The notes: a model not told the origin generated them from the sequence alone. DNA of 64,000 nt from Candidatus Spongiisociaceae bacterium (GCA_965262915.1 OZ253564.1:352001-416000); one strand, 5' to 3'; positions 31,527-41,611 are shown, counted from the first letter of the stretch. A program made the numbers and translations.

Positions 31527-32375
31527 TCAGGCCAGGACCACCACGGGCGTGCCGATCGGCGCCCATGCGTAGAGTTGTTCGGCCTTGTCGGCCCGCTGCC
31601 GGACGCAGCCCGCCGAGCGGAACTGCCCGAGTTCCTCTTCGGACTGGATGGGTGTTCCGTCCCAGGTGACCGGGATGGAGTGGAAGCCGGTCGCCGCCCG
31701 GCCGGCCGGTTTCACGAAGCGCACCATGTGCTCCATCGAGACATGCCCCGACAGGGACCAGGAGCGCGGGGACTTGGAGAGCACCGCGTAGCGACCCGGT
31801 ACCGGCCAGGTAGCTCTGCCGCTCACCGGATACGAGTCGAAGAGGGTGCCGTCGGAGTCCACCAACCACACCATCTGGTCGCCGCGCCCGTAGACGACGT
31901 GCCTCGCACCTGCCAACCCCACATCGGGCGCCGGAAGAGCCGCGGACCATACGATCGGGCCACCGCCGTCGCGGATGACCAGACCGCCTCCTTCCTGCAC
32001 CGAAAGGACCGCCCCGTCGAATCCGCCGCTGCGTGATCGCCACACCGGATCGGTTCCGTAGGGGAGCGGCCGGTACATCGCCAAGTCGCCGTCATGCTGC
32101 ATCACCAGCCTGTGGGCGCCCGTACCGGCGGTCCCGGAGGACCACAGCAGCGTCGTATCCCGGTAGAGGACCAGGTTTCCATCGTGGCGAAACACGAGAC
32201 TGGACCGGCCGTCGGGCGAAGCGACGGACTGCCCCAGCGCCAGTACCTCGCCTGCTTCGAGCACGTTGTCGGCAGGAGAGGACTCTCCGGGTACGCCTAG
32301 GGCAGCCGCACCCACCGACCAGACGAGGGTAAGTACGGCCGCCACGGCACTCACCGCGACCGTTCGTTTAGTCAT
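31527..32375 (-). CDS. Secreted bulb-type lectin + L,D-transpeptidase fusion
   Basis: Signal peptide, QxDGNLVLY-type repeats (RHDGNLVLY, QHDGDLAMY), C-terminal GFHSIP...SAGCVR. Confidence 0.82.
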   Translation of the reverse strand: MTKRTVAVSAVAAVLTLVWSVGAAALGVPGESSPADNVLEAGEVLALGQSVASPDGRSSLVFRHDGNLVLYRDTTLLWSSGTAGTGAHRLVMQHDGDLAMYRPLPYGTDPVWRSRSGGFDGAVLSVQEGGGLVIRDGGGPIVWSAALPAPDVGLAGARHVVYGRGDQMVWLVDSDGTLFDSYPVSGRATWPVPGRYAVLSKSPRSWSLSGHVSMEHMVRFVKPAGRAATGFHSIPVTWDGTPIQSEEELGQFRSAGCVRQRADKAEQLYAWAPIGTPVVVLA

Positions 32376-32555
32376 TAGGCTCGGGACGGTATCCCGGTCA
32401 GCTACGGAATTGGTGGATTTCGATCCGTGATCGTAGGCGTTGTTAGCCTGGTCGCGTCTTTCGCCGGCGGCCACTGCTCGGTCGGCGGCGGGGCAATCGA
32501 AGGGCACGGGGGAGTTGGCATGGGCGGTATCACGATCTTCCACAACCCGCACTGA

Positions 32556-32605
32556 ACCTCGTCTCGGAATGCCTTGGCGGTCGCCGAGGCGAGCGGCGTC
32601 GAGGT
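32556..32605 (+). promoter_or_regulatory. Candidate bacterial SECIS hairpin
   Basis: Apical stem GCCTTGGC/GCCGAGGC with GGTC loop 24 nt after UGA; basal stem ACCTCG/CGAGGT. Confidence 0.7.
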
Positions 32606-32620
32606 GGGCGTGGTGCTTTA

Positions 32621-32718
32621 GGAGAATGCTGAGAGACCCCCCGTTGGCCCGACGGTCGATGACAAATGCCATGTCACCGGACGACGGGCCAACCAATTAC
32701 CCGTTTTCGGCATTCTCC
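32621..32718. mobile_element. MITE family A, copy 2 (98 bp, TA duplication)
   Basis: GGAGAATGCTGAGA ... TTTTCGGCATTCTCC with TA at 32619-32620 and 32719-32720. Confidence 0.88.
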
Positions 32719-33353
32719 TACATGAAGACACCACCGGACCGGGCGACCATCGAGCGTCTGGTGTCGATCATCGAAGACCCGGTGGAGGACCTGGTCCGCA
32801 TGGACGCCAACTTCAGAAAGCTGGGTCTGGTGGCAGGCGACTACGTGGACAACCCGGACGCGGTGGTCGACCTCCTCGAGCAGCGCAAGGCGTTGATGCA
32901 GCGACCGCTGATCGTCCGGGACGGCCGCGCCGTCGTCGGAAGGCCCAAGAGCCGCGTCACTCGGTTCCTAGGAGGGATGCGGGAGTCCGTTCCGGACACT
33001 CGGAATGACCCGTCCATCCCACCCGGCAGGCCCGGGGCGACCGAGAACGCGAAAAACATCCGACAGGACCCCTACCCGCGGGCCCTCCCCCAACCGCCAC
33101 CTCCTCGGCTCCGGCCGCGTCCCTCCCTCCCCGAGAGGGTCGGCTTCGACAACATGATCCCTGCCTCGGTCCGGTCGGTACCGGAAACGGACCGGCGGTG
33201 TTTGCGGTTACCTACCAGTGTGCAACGGGACTGTGACAAGGTCAACCCCCTTGTGACGGCGCGCTCGGTCCGGGGTTTCTATGGGCGGTTCGGCGTGGCC
33301 ATCGTTCACCGACGCGGGTCCTGAACACACCGAACCAAGGACTCGGGACAGTA

Positions 33354-33514
33354 GTGGTCTGTCTGTGAAATGGCGTCGTGGCATGCGCCGGCAGCGGCGT
33401 TCCTCGCAGGCCCGCCGACGAAGGCGTACCCGCAGCGTACGTTGAGGAAGCGGGGCGCAGGGAGGGGCGTCGCCGGCATGCAGGGCACGGCAACTTGTAT
33501 TGCAGACAGACCAC
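33354..33514. mobile_element. MITE family B, long copy
   Basis: TIR GTGGTCTGTCTG ... CAGACAGACCAC; both ends shared with 42124-42193. Confidence 0.7.
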
Positions 33515-33592
33515 CAGATCCGGAGGTCTTGGCGGCGACTACCCCGGCCTTCGGGACGCGTTCGCCCTATCGCTGCTGCCACACTGTCCCCC

Positions 33593-34291
33593 ATGATCGG
33601 CTCCCTGCGTGATGACCTGATCGCCCGCCTCTCGGCCGCCGGCGACCCGGAACGCGCCAAGGGTCAGCAGCGATACATGAAGTCCGGCCTTCCATTTCAC
33701 GGCGTCCGGGTCCCCGAAGTGCGCCGTGTCGCCCGGGCGACGATCCGGGATCACCCGATACTCGACGCGGGGTCGTGGCAGCAGGCGGTCCTGGGGATAT
33801 GGCGGTCGGCCACCCATAGGGAACAGCGCTACGGCGCCATCGAACTGGCTTACGCGCAGGCCTACCGCTCCTGGCTGCGGCCCGGCTGCCTGGCGATGCT
33901 GGAGGAGATGATCGTCACGGGCGCCTGGTGGGACTACGTGGACCAACTGGCGGCGAAGCACCTGGGCCACCTCCTGGCGTCCTACCCTGCGGACATCCGC
34001 CCGGTGTTGCTGTCCTGGGCGGAAGACGACGACATCTGGCGGCGCCGCACCGCCATCCTCGCCCAACTCCGCTTCAAGGCCGGCACCGACACGGACCTCT
34101 TGTTCTCGGCCATCGAGGCATCGATCGAAGAAAAGGAGTTCTTCCTGAGGAAAGCCATCGGCTGGGCGCTCAGGGAGTACTCGAAGACAGCTCCGCAGGT
34201 GGTCGCCGACTACGTGGCCTCCAACCACCATCGGCTATCCCCTCTGAGCCGGCGTGAGGCGATGAAGGTCATCGAGCGGCAGCGGACCTGA
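33593..34291 (+). CDS. DNA alkylation repair protein (AlkD-like)
   Basis: QRYMKS, GAWWDYVD, WRRRTAI, EFFLRKAIGWALREYSK. Confidence 0.9.
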   Translation: MIGSLRDDLIARLSAAGDPERAKGQQRYMKSGLPFHGVRVPEVRRVARATIRDHPILDAGSWQQAVLGIWRSATHREQRYGAIELAYAQAYRSWLRPGCLAMLEEMIVTGAWWDYVDQLAAKHLGHLLASYPADIRPVLLSWAEDDDIWRRRTAILAQLRFKAGTDTDLLFSAIEASIEEKEFFLRKAIGWALREYSKTAPQVVADYVASNHHRLSPLSRREAMKVIERQRT

Positions 34292-34331
34292 CGACCGATC
34301 TCCAATAGGGAGCCGGGTTCGTCCGCCGGCC

Positions 34332-34739
34332 CTATCCGGGGATCCGGACCGCGGTGACGCACGTGGCGCAGATACGGGACCCGACCCGAGCGGTCTGGCG
34401 GCACACCACCCTCCGGCAGTCATCCTCCTCCTCGACGGAGAACACCTCGCCGGCGATCTCCACCCGTTCCCCCGCGTAGATCATGGAGCGAAACCGGAGC
34501 TTCATCGAGACGATGCGGGCGCGGGGATCGAAGTGGCGATGCACCTGCCCGGCGAACAGAGCCCCCAGCATCTGCCCGTCCACCAGCGGCGCAGCCAGCC
34601 TGCGCTCCTGCACGTATTCCGTGTCGTAGTGCAGGCGGTGCCAGTCCCAGGTGGCGCCCGCGTACATGACGAGACGGGCCTGGTCGAGCACACGGCCGAA
34701 GGCCGGAAGCGCATCACCGGGCTCGAACTGCGGGGACAC
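34332..34739 (-). CDS. MaoC-like dehydratase subunit
   Basis: YAGATWDWHRLHYD, PLVDGQMLG. Confidence 0.85.
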   Translation of the reverse strand: MSPQFEPGDALPAFGRVLDQARLVMYAGATWDWHRLHYDTEYVQERRLAAPLVDGQMLGALFAGQVHRHFDPRARIVSMKLRFRSMIYAGERVEIAGEVFSVEEEDDCRRVVCRQTARVGSRICATCVTAVRIPG

Positions 34740-34740
34740 C

Positions 34741-35226
34741 TCAGATCTCCTGGAAGATGAGCGTCTCGCGGTTGACGGCGATCAGCTGGTCCTGCTGGTT
34801 CGTGTACCGGGCCTCCGATACCAGGAAGGTCAGCCGCCCCGACGACCCGTCCTTCTGGTACACATCGGTGATGGTCCAGGTGGCGGTGATCACATCGGTC
34901 GGGTAGAGCGGGCGGTGGAACTCGTACTCGTGCCCCCCGCGGATCATGCGGGTCCCCTCGATCTCGATCCCCCAGGAGTGTCCGGGATATCCGTCCGCAT
35001 CGGGCTCACCGGGCATGTACTGGTTTGTCTCGCACACGAAGGTGGGCGGGGCTATCACATCCTCGTACCCGTGCTTCCGGGCGTACTCCGCATCGACATA
35101 GAGGCGGCACGGATCGCCCACGGCCCTGGCGAAGTAGCGGATGGCGGCTCTCCCCACCTCCTCGGGCGCGGTGTACACGGCGCGGCGGCCTACCAGGCCC
35201 TGCACGCCGCCGGTCGCCGAACCCAT
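34741..35226 (-). CDS. MaoC dehydratase N-terminal (FAS1-like) domain protein
   Basis: IRYFARAVGD, IAPPTF, GGHEYEFHRP; adjacent partner of the previous gene. Confidence 0.85.
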   Translation of the reverse strand: MGSATGGVQGLVGRRAVYTAPEEVGRAAIRYFARAVGDPCRLYVDAEYARKHGYEDVIAPPTFVCETNQYMPGEPDADGYPGHSWGIEIEGTRMIRGGHEYEFHRPLYPTDVITATWTITDVYQKDGSSGRLTFLVSEARYTNQQDQLIAVNRETLIFQEI

Positions 35227-35403
35227 CCGTGGCCTCCTACCCCGATACCGTCCCGGGCCCCGGCGGACCGACCGGCCTACCGATCACGAGTGCCGTCTTC
35301 CGGGCGCGGGCCCGGTGGGTATTGTCGCGCATCCGATCCATCCCGCGGGACGGCTGGTAGCGACGCGACGCCTTTGGCTGCGCGGACACCCGCCGGAGGG
35401 CGA

Positions 35404-36972
35404 TCATGGTTCGGCATCCTGCGTCCCCGACCGGCGCCGAGCCCGCCGGCTCATGCTCCGGTCCGCCTTGAACAGAGAAAGCAGGATTCCACCTCCGACC
35501 GCGAGCGCCCCGGCGCCGATCACCGCCATCACCACGGTATGGGCGAAGAACGAGGCGTCCGCAGAGGCGGCCGCCAACGCCTGATCGGCCCCCTCCGGAA
35601 CGACCCCGAAGCTCACGGACGAAGCCCGCGCGACCGCATCCTCCCGTCCGGCGATCGCCCCGCGAAACCTGGCCCGCGCCACGATCGTAGCCATCGCTCC
35701 GAACAGGGTTATCCCGACCACGCCGCCGAGCTGGCGGAAGGCCGACAGCGCGGCGGCCGCCGCCGAGGTCTGCTCCTCCGGAACCCGCCTGACCGCCGCG
35801 GCACCGACGGCGACGAAGAACGCGCCGCTGACGGCCCCTGCCAACCCCATGGCCACCGGCACGTATACGCCCACCGGCCCGGTGGGGCCTGCCGCAGCAA
35901 GGAGGAAGGCGGCCAGGCCCATCACCGGGAGCGCGACCGCCACGGGCATCCGGAACCCGATGCGATCGGTCACATGGCCACCGATCAGAGCGCCGAGAAG
36001 GGCCGTCGCCGAGAAGGACATCATGAACCACCCGGTGGCCGAGGGTGAGAACCCGCGCAGGGCCTGGAGGTAGATGTTCAGAAGGAAGATCAAGGGGACG
36101 CCGGCGGCGTTCAGGGCGAAAGTCGCCACCAAGACCGGTCCGAACGACGGTCTCCGCATGAGCCTCAGATCCAGCATCGGGTGCTCTACCCGTAACTCGT
36201 GGCGAGCGAACCACACCGCGCACGAGACGCCGACGACGAGAGCCGCCCCGATAGAGGCCTGCCCGAACCCGCCGCGACCGCCCTCGATCAGCCCGTAGCA
36301 GAGCAGCGACAGCGCCCCGGTGCCCAGGGCGATACCCCTGAGGTCGATCTTGCCGGCTTGCCTGCGGGGATCGGCCGGCATCCACAGCCACGTCCCGGCA
36401 GCCCCTACCGCGGCAACCAGCAGGAAAGGAAGGAAGACCGCGCTGAATCCGAACGATTCGACCAGCCAGCCCCCCAGGATGGGGCTGATCGTGAAGCCCA
36501 CCGACGAGATCGCGGTCCACAATCCCAGTGCCCTACCCCGTTTCTCGGGCGGGAAGGCCAGGGCCACCATGGCCAGCGAGTTGGGAGCGCCCAGCCCCAT
36601 ACCGACCCCCTGCGCGATCCGGCCCGGCAGCAGGACCGACATCGACGTGGCCGACCATGCCACGACCGTCCCCAGCGCGAACACGCCGTAGCCGGCCAGC
36701 AGCGCCCGCCGCCGTCCGTAGAGGTCCCCTATGGCGGCGGATGTGGGGAGCAGGGACACGAGGGCGAGCGCGAAGGCTGCCACCACCCACTGGAGGTCGG
36801 CCAGCTCCGCCGACATCCGGACCCCGATCGAGGGGAGCGCTATGTTGATCATCGAAACTTCGAAGCCCTGGATCATGATCGTCGGGGTGCAGGCCACGAA
36901 GACCTTCCATCGGGATCTCACGCCGGGCCGGTGGAGGGCCGGAATCGTCCACGCCCTCTCCACCCTCTCCAC
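35404..36972 (-). CDS. MFS transporter, DHA2 (14-TM) type
   Basis: GDLYGRRR motif A, ERGRALG-type motif, HPMLDL. Confidence 0.9.
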   Translation of the reverse strand: MERVERAWTIPALHRPGVRSRWKVFVACTPTIMIQGFEVSMINIALPSIGVRMSAELADLQWVVAAFALALVSLLPTSAAIGDLYGRRRALLAGYGVFALGTVVAWSATSMSVLLPGRIAQGVGMGLGAPNSLAMVALAFPPEKRGRALGLWTAISSVGFTISPILGGWLVESFGFSAVFLPFLLVAAVGAAGTWLWMPADPRRQAGKIDLRGIALGTGALSLLCYGLIEGGRGGFGQASIGAALVVGVSCAVWFARHELRVEHPMLDLRLMRRPSFGPVLVATFALNAAGVPLIFLLNIYLQALRGFSPSATGWFMMSFSATALLGALIGGHVTDRIGFRMPVAVALPVMGLAAFLLAAAGPTGPVGVYVPVAMGLAGAVSGAFFVAVGAAAVRRVPEEQTSAAAAALSAFRQLGGVVGITLFGAMATIVARARFRGAIAGREDAVARASSVSFGVVPEGADQALAAASADASFFAHTVVMAVIGAGALAVGGGILLSLFKADRSMSRRARRRSGTQDAEP

Positions 36973-37066
36973 CCTCTCCGGGAGCCGGCCATGCTCCCGA
37001 ACGGGTCGGCCTCCATGGAGTCACCGAAGGTCATCACCGGCCGGCGGGTCTTGGCCGCGAAGGTCG

Positions 37067-38674
37067 TCATCCCGCGCCGGACCCTCTCCCGGAAGCACCG
37101 TCCACCGGAGGCGGACATCCCGGTTCACCTCGCTCGGGACCGGGACGCCGGTGCCGAGGGCGGGGGCCTCGAGGCCGGCTCGGGCCTCGTAGCCGGCCCG
37201 TCTCGCTCCCGGCGCCCTTCGCCAGCAGCAAGCGCACGAGCAAGGCTCCCACGACCAGCGCGCCCGCGCCGATCACGATCATCACGACGCCGAAGGCAAA
37301 GAGTGACGCATCCGAATGGGCGGCGGTCAGCGCCCCGTCAACGCCCTCGGGAGCGGTGCCGAAGCTCATCGACGAGACCTGCGCGGCGGCATCCCGGCGG
37401 CCGGCGATCGCGGAACGGAACCTGGCCTTGGCCACCAGGGTGGCCAGCGCGCCGAATACGGCGATCCCGAACGCGCTTCCGAGATGGCGGGAAACAGACA
37501 GCGAGGCGGCCGCGGTCGAGGTGCGTTCCTCGGGAATCCTGGTGACCGCCGCCGCGCCGGCGCCCACGAAGAAGGCTCCGTTGACGGCCCCTGCCAAGCC
37601 CATGGCCGGCAGCAGGTAGCCCGCAACCGGGCCGGCTCGGCCCGCCAGACCCATTGCCAGCGCGCTGAGACCGATGGCCGGGACCGCGACCGCGACCGGG
37701 AACCGGAAGCCTCTCCGATCAGTGACATACCCGGAGATCGGAGAGCCGATCAGTGCCATCCCCGAGAAGGCCAGCATGACGTGGGCCGTAGCCCACGGCG
37801 AGAACCCCCGGAGGGCTTGGAGGTAGATGGTCAGCAGGAAGATCGAAGCGCCGGTGGCCGTGTGCAGGGCGAAGGACGCCAGCAGCACGTGCCCGAACGG
37901 CGGTCGCCGTATGAGCCGCAGGTCCAGCATCGGGTGCTCGACCACCAACTCGTGGCGAGCGAACCACGCCGCGCAGAGGAGACCGCAGCCCAGAGCCGCC
38001 ACGATGGAGGGTCGCCAGAACCCGTCCCGGCCGCCCTCGATCAACCCGTAGCTGAGCAGGGACACCGCCCCGGTCGCGAGGGCGACGCCGGCCGGGTCGA
38101 GCGGTCGGCGCTGCCTCGGCGCATCGGCCGGCATCCACATCCACGTCCCGGTGCCTCCGATGACCGCGAAGGCGAGCGAGGGGACGAAGACCGCGTTGAA
38201 CCCGAACGACTCCACCAGCCAGCCGCCCGCCAGCGGACTCATCGTGAACACCACCGACGAGATCGCGGTCCACAGCCCCAGCGCCCTACCCCGTTCCTCC
38301 CGCGGAAAGGAGAGCCCCACCATCGCAAACGAGTTGGGAGCGCCGAGCGCCATTCCGATCCCCTGCGCGATCCGGCCCCCCACCAGAACGGCTATCGACG
38401 TCGCCGACCACGCCAGCGCCGACCCGAAGGCCAGTATGCCGTATCCCAGGAGCAGTGCGCGTCGGCGGCCGTACATGTCACCTATGGCCGCGGACATGGG
38501 AAGCACCGACACCATGGCCAGAGCGAAGCCCGCCACGATCCATTGGAGGTCGGCCAACTGGGCGGAGAGTTCCTCACCCATGGAAGGGAGGGCCAGGTTG
38601 ATCATCGTGACGTCCAACCCCTGGATCACGATGGCCGGCGTGCAGGCGACCACCACCTTCCAGCGCAGTCTCAT
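37067..38674 (-). CDS. MFS transporter, DHA2 type, tandem paralog
   Basis: Colinear similarity with 35404-36972 (WKVxVACTP...). Confidence 0.9.
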   Translation of the reverse strand: MRLRWKVVVACTPAIVIQGLDVTMINLALPSMGEELSAQLADLQWIVAGFALAMVSVLPMSAAIGDMYGRRRALLLGYGILAFGSALAWSATSIAVLVGGRIAQGIGMALGAPNSFAMVGLSFPREERGRALGLWTAISSVVFTMSPLAGGWLVESFGFNAVFVPSLAFAVIGGTGTWMWMPADAPRQRRPLDPAGVALATGAVSLLSYGLIEGGRDGFWRPSIVAALGCGLLCAAWFARHELVVEHPMLDLRLIRRPPFGHVLLASFALHTATGASIFLLTIYLQALRGFSPWATAHVMLAFSGMALIGSPISGYVTDRRGFRFPVAVAVPAIGLSALAMGLAGRAGPVAGYLLPAMGLAGAVNGAFFVGAGAAAVTRIPEERTSTAAASLSVSRHLGSAFGIAVFGALATLVAKARFRSAIAGRRDAAAQVSSMSFGTAPEGVDGALTAAHSDASLFAFGVVMIVIGAGALVVGALLVRLLLAKGAGSETGRLRGPSRPRGPRPRHRRPGPERGEPGCPPPVDGASGRGSGAG

Positions 38675-38797
38675 GGCGGAGTCCTGGATACAGGTCGGGT
38701 CAGCGGGGCGGGGTACCCGGCCTCCCGGGGAACATGACACCGGCCGGCGAAGACCCGTGGCGGGCGGACCGGAATCGTCACGGGTCCGCTTCTCCTA

Positions 38798-38898
38798 GGA
38801 GAGTACTGAACGTTCCACCCGCGGCCCGTCGCTCAACCACGAACTGCCTGGTCAGCGGGCGGCGGGCCGGCAGCAATCCTCATCGTTCGGCCTTCTCC
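38798..38898. mobile_element. MITE family A, copy 3 (diverged), overlapping the cca 3' end
   Basis: TA-GGAGAGTACTGAACG ... CGTTCGGCCTTCTCC and the same internal GGCCCG..CGGGCC inverted repeat; the right-hand TA is lost. Confidence 0.65.
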
Positions 38899-40301
38899 CG
38901 GGCCGGTGGGGGACCGGGATCGTCCATGCCTTCTGCGAGGGCCAGCTCCCGCAAGATGGCGAAGGCCTCCGATCGCCCGTACGGACCGTCGTCGATCCGC
39001 TTGTCGAGCAGTACCTCGAGAAACGAGCCCACCATCGGGCCCGGACCGATCCCCAGGTAGCCCATCACGTCATGGCCGTCGACGGGCGGGCGGAGCGCAT
39101 CCAGTTCCTCCCGGGCACGGAGTAGCTCTATTCGTTCCTCCAACTCGTCGATCTGGCGCTGGATCCGCAGGGCCCGGCGGTCGCTCCGGGTGGTGACGTC
39201 ACACCTGGCCAACTGGTTGAGCTTGGGGAGCAACTCCCCGGCGTCGCGAACGTAACGTCGTACCGCAGAGTCGCTCCAGCCCATCTTGAAGGTGTGGGCT
39301 CTCATATGCAGGAACACGAGCTCGGCCACGTCCTCGATGATGCTCTTGGGATAGCGGAGCCGGCGGAGGCGAACCCGCGTCATCCGGGCCCCCACCACCT
39401 CATGGTGATGGAAGGTCACCTTCGGACCGTCGAAGTGGCGCGTAGCCGGTTTTCCGACATCGTGGAAGACGGCCGCCAGCCGCAGCACCAGGTCCGGTTC
39501 GGTCTTGGCCATCACGGCCAGCGAGTGGGCGAGAACATCCTTGTGGCGGTGGTCGGGATCCTCGGTCATGGCCAGCGCCGGGATCTCGGGAATGAACCCG
39601 CCCGCCAGCCCGGACTCGATCATCAGCGTCAGGGCCGGCGCCGCCCGCTCGCCCACCACCAGCTTGGAGAACTCGTCCCGGATCCGCTCGGCGCTGACGA
39701 TTGCCAGGCGATCCTTCATCACGGACACGGCCGCCAGATCCCCACGGTCGGGGCGGAAGCCCAGCTCGGCCACGAACCGGAAGAGGCGCACCATCCGGAG
39801 CGGGTCGTCGGAGAAGGACGCCTCCGGACCGATCGGGGTACGGAGCGTCTGTGACGCTATGTCGACCACGCCCCCGAACGGGTCGGCCAGGGTGGGGGCG
39901 TCGCTACCGAGCTTCAGCGCAATGGCGTTGACGGTGAAGTCGCGCCTCGCCAGGTCTTCCTCGATGGAGCCGCCGAAGGTCACTTCGGGGCGGCGGCTTC
40001 CGGGCGAGTAGGCCTCCGCCCGGAAGGTGGTGATCTCGCAGCGGATTCCATCCCGCACCGCGCCGATGGTCCCGAACCGCTCGCCGACTCCGTACAGGTC
40101 GTCGGCCCAATGCCGGAGCAGCGCTCTCATGCGTTTGGGACGGGCGTCGGTCGCGAAGTCCAGATCCGACGCCTCCCTGCCCAGCAGAGCATCGCGAACC
40201 GACCCTCCGACCAGGTACAGGTCGTGGCCGGACCTCGCAAAGAGATCGGCCAGATCGCGGGTGAGGCCTTGGCCGAGCCACCTCAGGCGTTCGGGGATCA
40301 T
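38880..40301 (-). CDS. cca: CCA tRNA nucleotidyltransferase with HD domain
   Basis: LVGGSVRD, DLDFAT, DLARRDFTVNA, DDPLRM, FHDVGKP. Confidence 0.93.
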   Translation of the reverse strand: MIPERLRWLGQGLTRDLADLFARSGHDLYLVGGSVRDALLGREASDLDFATDARPKRMRALLRHWADDLYGVGERFGTIGAVRDGIRCEITTFRAEAYSPGSRRPEVTFGGSIEEDLARRDFTVNAIALKLGSDAPTLADPFGGVVDIASQTLRTPIGPEASFSDDPLRMVRLFRFVAELGFRPDRGDLAAVSVMKDRLAIVSAERIRDEFSKLVVGERAAPALTLMIESGLAGGFIPEIPALAMTEDPDHRHKDVLAHSLAVMAKTEPDLVLRLAAVFHDVGKPATRHFDGPKVTFHHHEVVGARMTRVRLRRLRYPKSIIEDVAELVFLHMRAHTFKMGWSDSAVRRYVRDAGELLPKLNQLARCDVTTRSDRRALRIQRQIDELEERIELLRAREELDALRPPVDGHDVMGYLGIGPGPMVGSFLEVLLDKRIDDGPYGRSEAFAILRELALAEGMDDPGPPPAREKAER

Positions 40302-40408
40302 CGTGGTCAGTGGTCAGTCGTCGATAGTCGGTAAGCATACATTATGTATCGTTGGGCGGTCACTTCCGTCCGGCAAATGACCACCGGCCAGCGGCAACCG
40401 GCCCTTGC

Positions 40409-41425
40409 TCAAGATAGGTCCCAAACCTTGCCGGCTTGGGAGGCCACCCAGTCGAGGATTCGGAAGGCGATCTCGGGCGAGCGGAGGCGGCGGTCCTCTT
40501 CCGGCGCCACCACTCCGGAGGCGCCGGAGAGGGTGGCCGACACGGAGGTCCGGATGGCGTCGCGGTCGTAGCCGCCTTCCATGAAGAATATCGTCCGGCC
40601 GGGTGGCGTCACCGCGGCCAGCGCACCGGCCATGAACGCATAGTCGGATGCCACCAAGCTCAGTTCCGCCAGCGGATCGTCGGCGTGGGCGTCGTAGCCG
40701 GCGCTCACCAGCAGCCAGTCCGGCCCGAACCCGGACACCACCGGGACGATAACTCGGGGAAAGGCCAGACGGTAGAGATCGCCGGCGGTTCCGGCCGGAA
40801 GGGGCAGATCCAGGGTGGTGGCAGCCCCCGGACCGGCGGTCATGTCGACTAGGCCGCCGGTGCCCGGGTAGAACGGGAACTGGTGGAGCGAGACATAGAG
40901 GATGTCCGGGCGGGACTCGAACATCTCCTCGGTGGCGTTCCCGTGATGAACATCCCAGTCGATGATCGCCACCCGCTCCCCTCGTTCGACCAGCATGGCG
41001 GCTGTCACCGCCACGTTGTTGAACAGGCAGAACCCCATCGCCGTGGACCGGCGAGCATGGTGGCCGGGGGGCCGCACAGCCAGGAAGGCCGCCTCCGCCC
41101 GGCCCTCTTCCAGCCTGCCCGCCGCAAGTGGACCGGCCCCCGCCGCCCGCACGGCTGCCTCCCACGAGGCTCGCACCGCCCTGGTGTCCGGGTCCAGCGC
41201 ACCACCGCCGGTGGCGCAGAACCGCTCGATCCGGTCCACGTAACGGGGGGAGTGGACCAGCTCGAGGAGTGCCCGGTCGACCACGGGCGCCTGCTCCTCC
41301 ACCACCTCCACCGGAGCCTCTCTTACGCCCGCGGCCGCCGCGTCCAACCGGGCCGGCCGCTCAGGATGGCCGCGCCCTGTGTCATGCAAGCCGAAGGCCG
41401 GATGGGTAACGAGCAATACGCGCAT
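40409..41425 (-). CDS. Histone deacetylase family protein
   Basis: HPERPARL, RPPGHHA, GFCLFNN, DWDVHHGN, SAGYDAH, EGGY. Confidence 0.93.
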   Translation of the reverse strand: MRVLLVTHPAFGLHDTGRGHPERPARLDAAAAGVREAPVEVVEEQAPVVDRALLELVHSPRYVDRIERFCATGGGALDPDTRAVRASWEAAVRAAGAGPLAAGRLEEGRAEAAFLAVRPPGHHARRSTAMGFCLFNNVAVTAAMLVERGERVAIIDWDVHHGNATEEMFESRPDILYVSLHQFPFYPGTGGLVDMTAGPGAATTLDLPLPAGTAGDLYRLAFPRVIVPVVSGFGPDWLLVSAGYDAHADDPLAELSLVASDYAFMAGALAAVTPPGRTIFFMEGGYDRDAIRTSVSATLSGASGVVAPEEDRRLRSPEIAFRILDWVASQAGKVWDLS

Positions 41426-41611
41426 CCCGTAGAGCGTACCGCCGGCCGCCACCCTCCAGGCGGATGCCCACCGATCCCGACTGCTCCTGGCCCGACGCCG
41501 ATGACCAGCCACTCCGAGGTGAGCGTCGGGCCTGCCATTTCACCGGTTCTTGGGCACCCTCCTAGGATCGATTCCGCTATTCCACCCGGATCGGGGCAAC
41601 CAGGAACACCG

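Larger units (their letters stand above)
32520..33324 (+). pseudogene. arsC: ArsC-family arsenate reductase, predicted selenoprotein, interrupted by a MITE (3' end uncertain; homology ends near 32975)
   Basis: MGGITIFHNPH-TGA(32553-32555)-TSSRNAL...VVL|YMKTPP...LMQRPLIV...VVGRP after removing 32621-32720. Confidence 0.8.

Noticed and set aside
32969-33074. Third MITE type replacing the arsC stop
   Set aside because: The ends (TAGGAGGG / CCGACAGGACCCCTA) are not convincing inverted repeats, and no second copy was seen.
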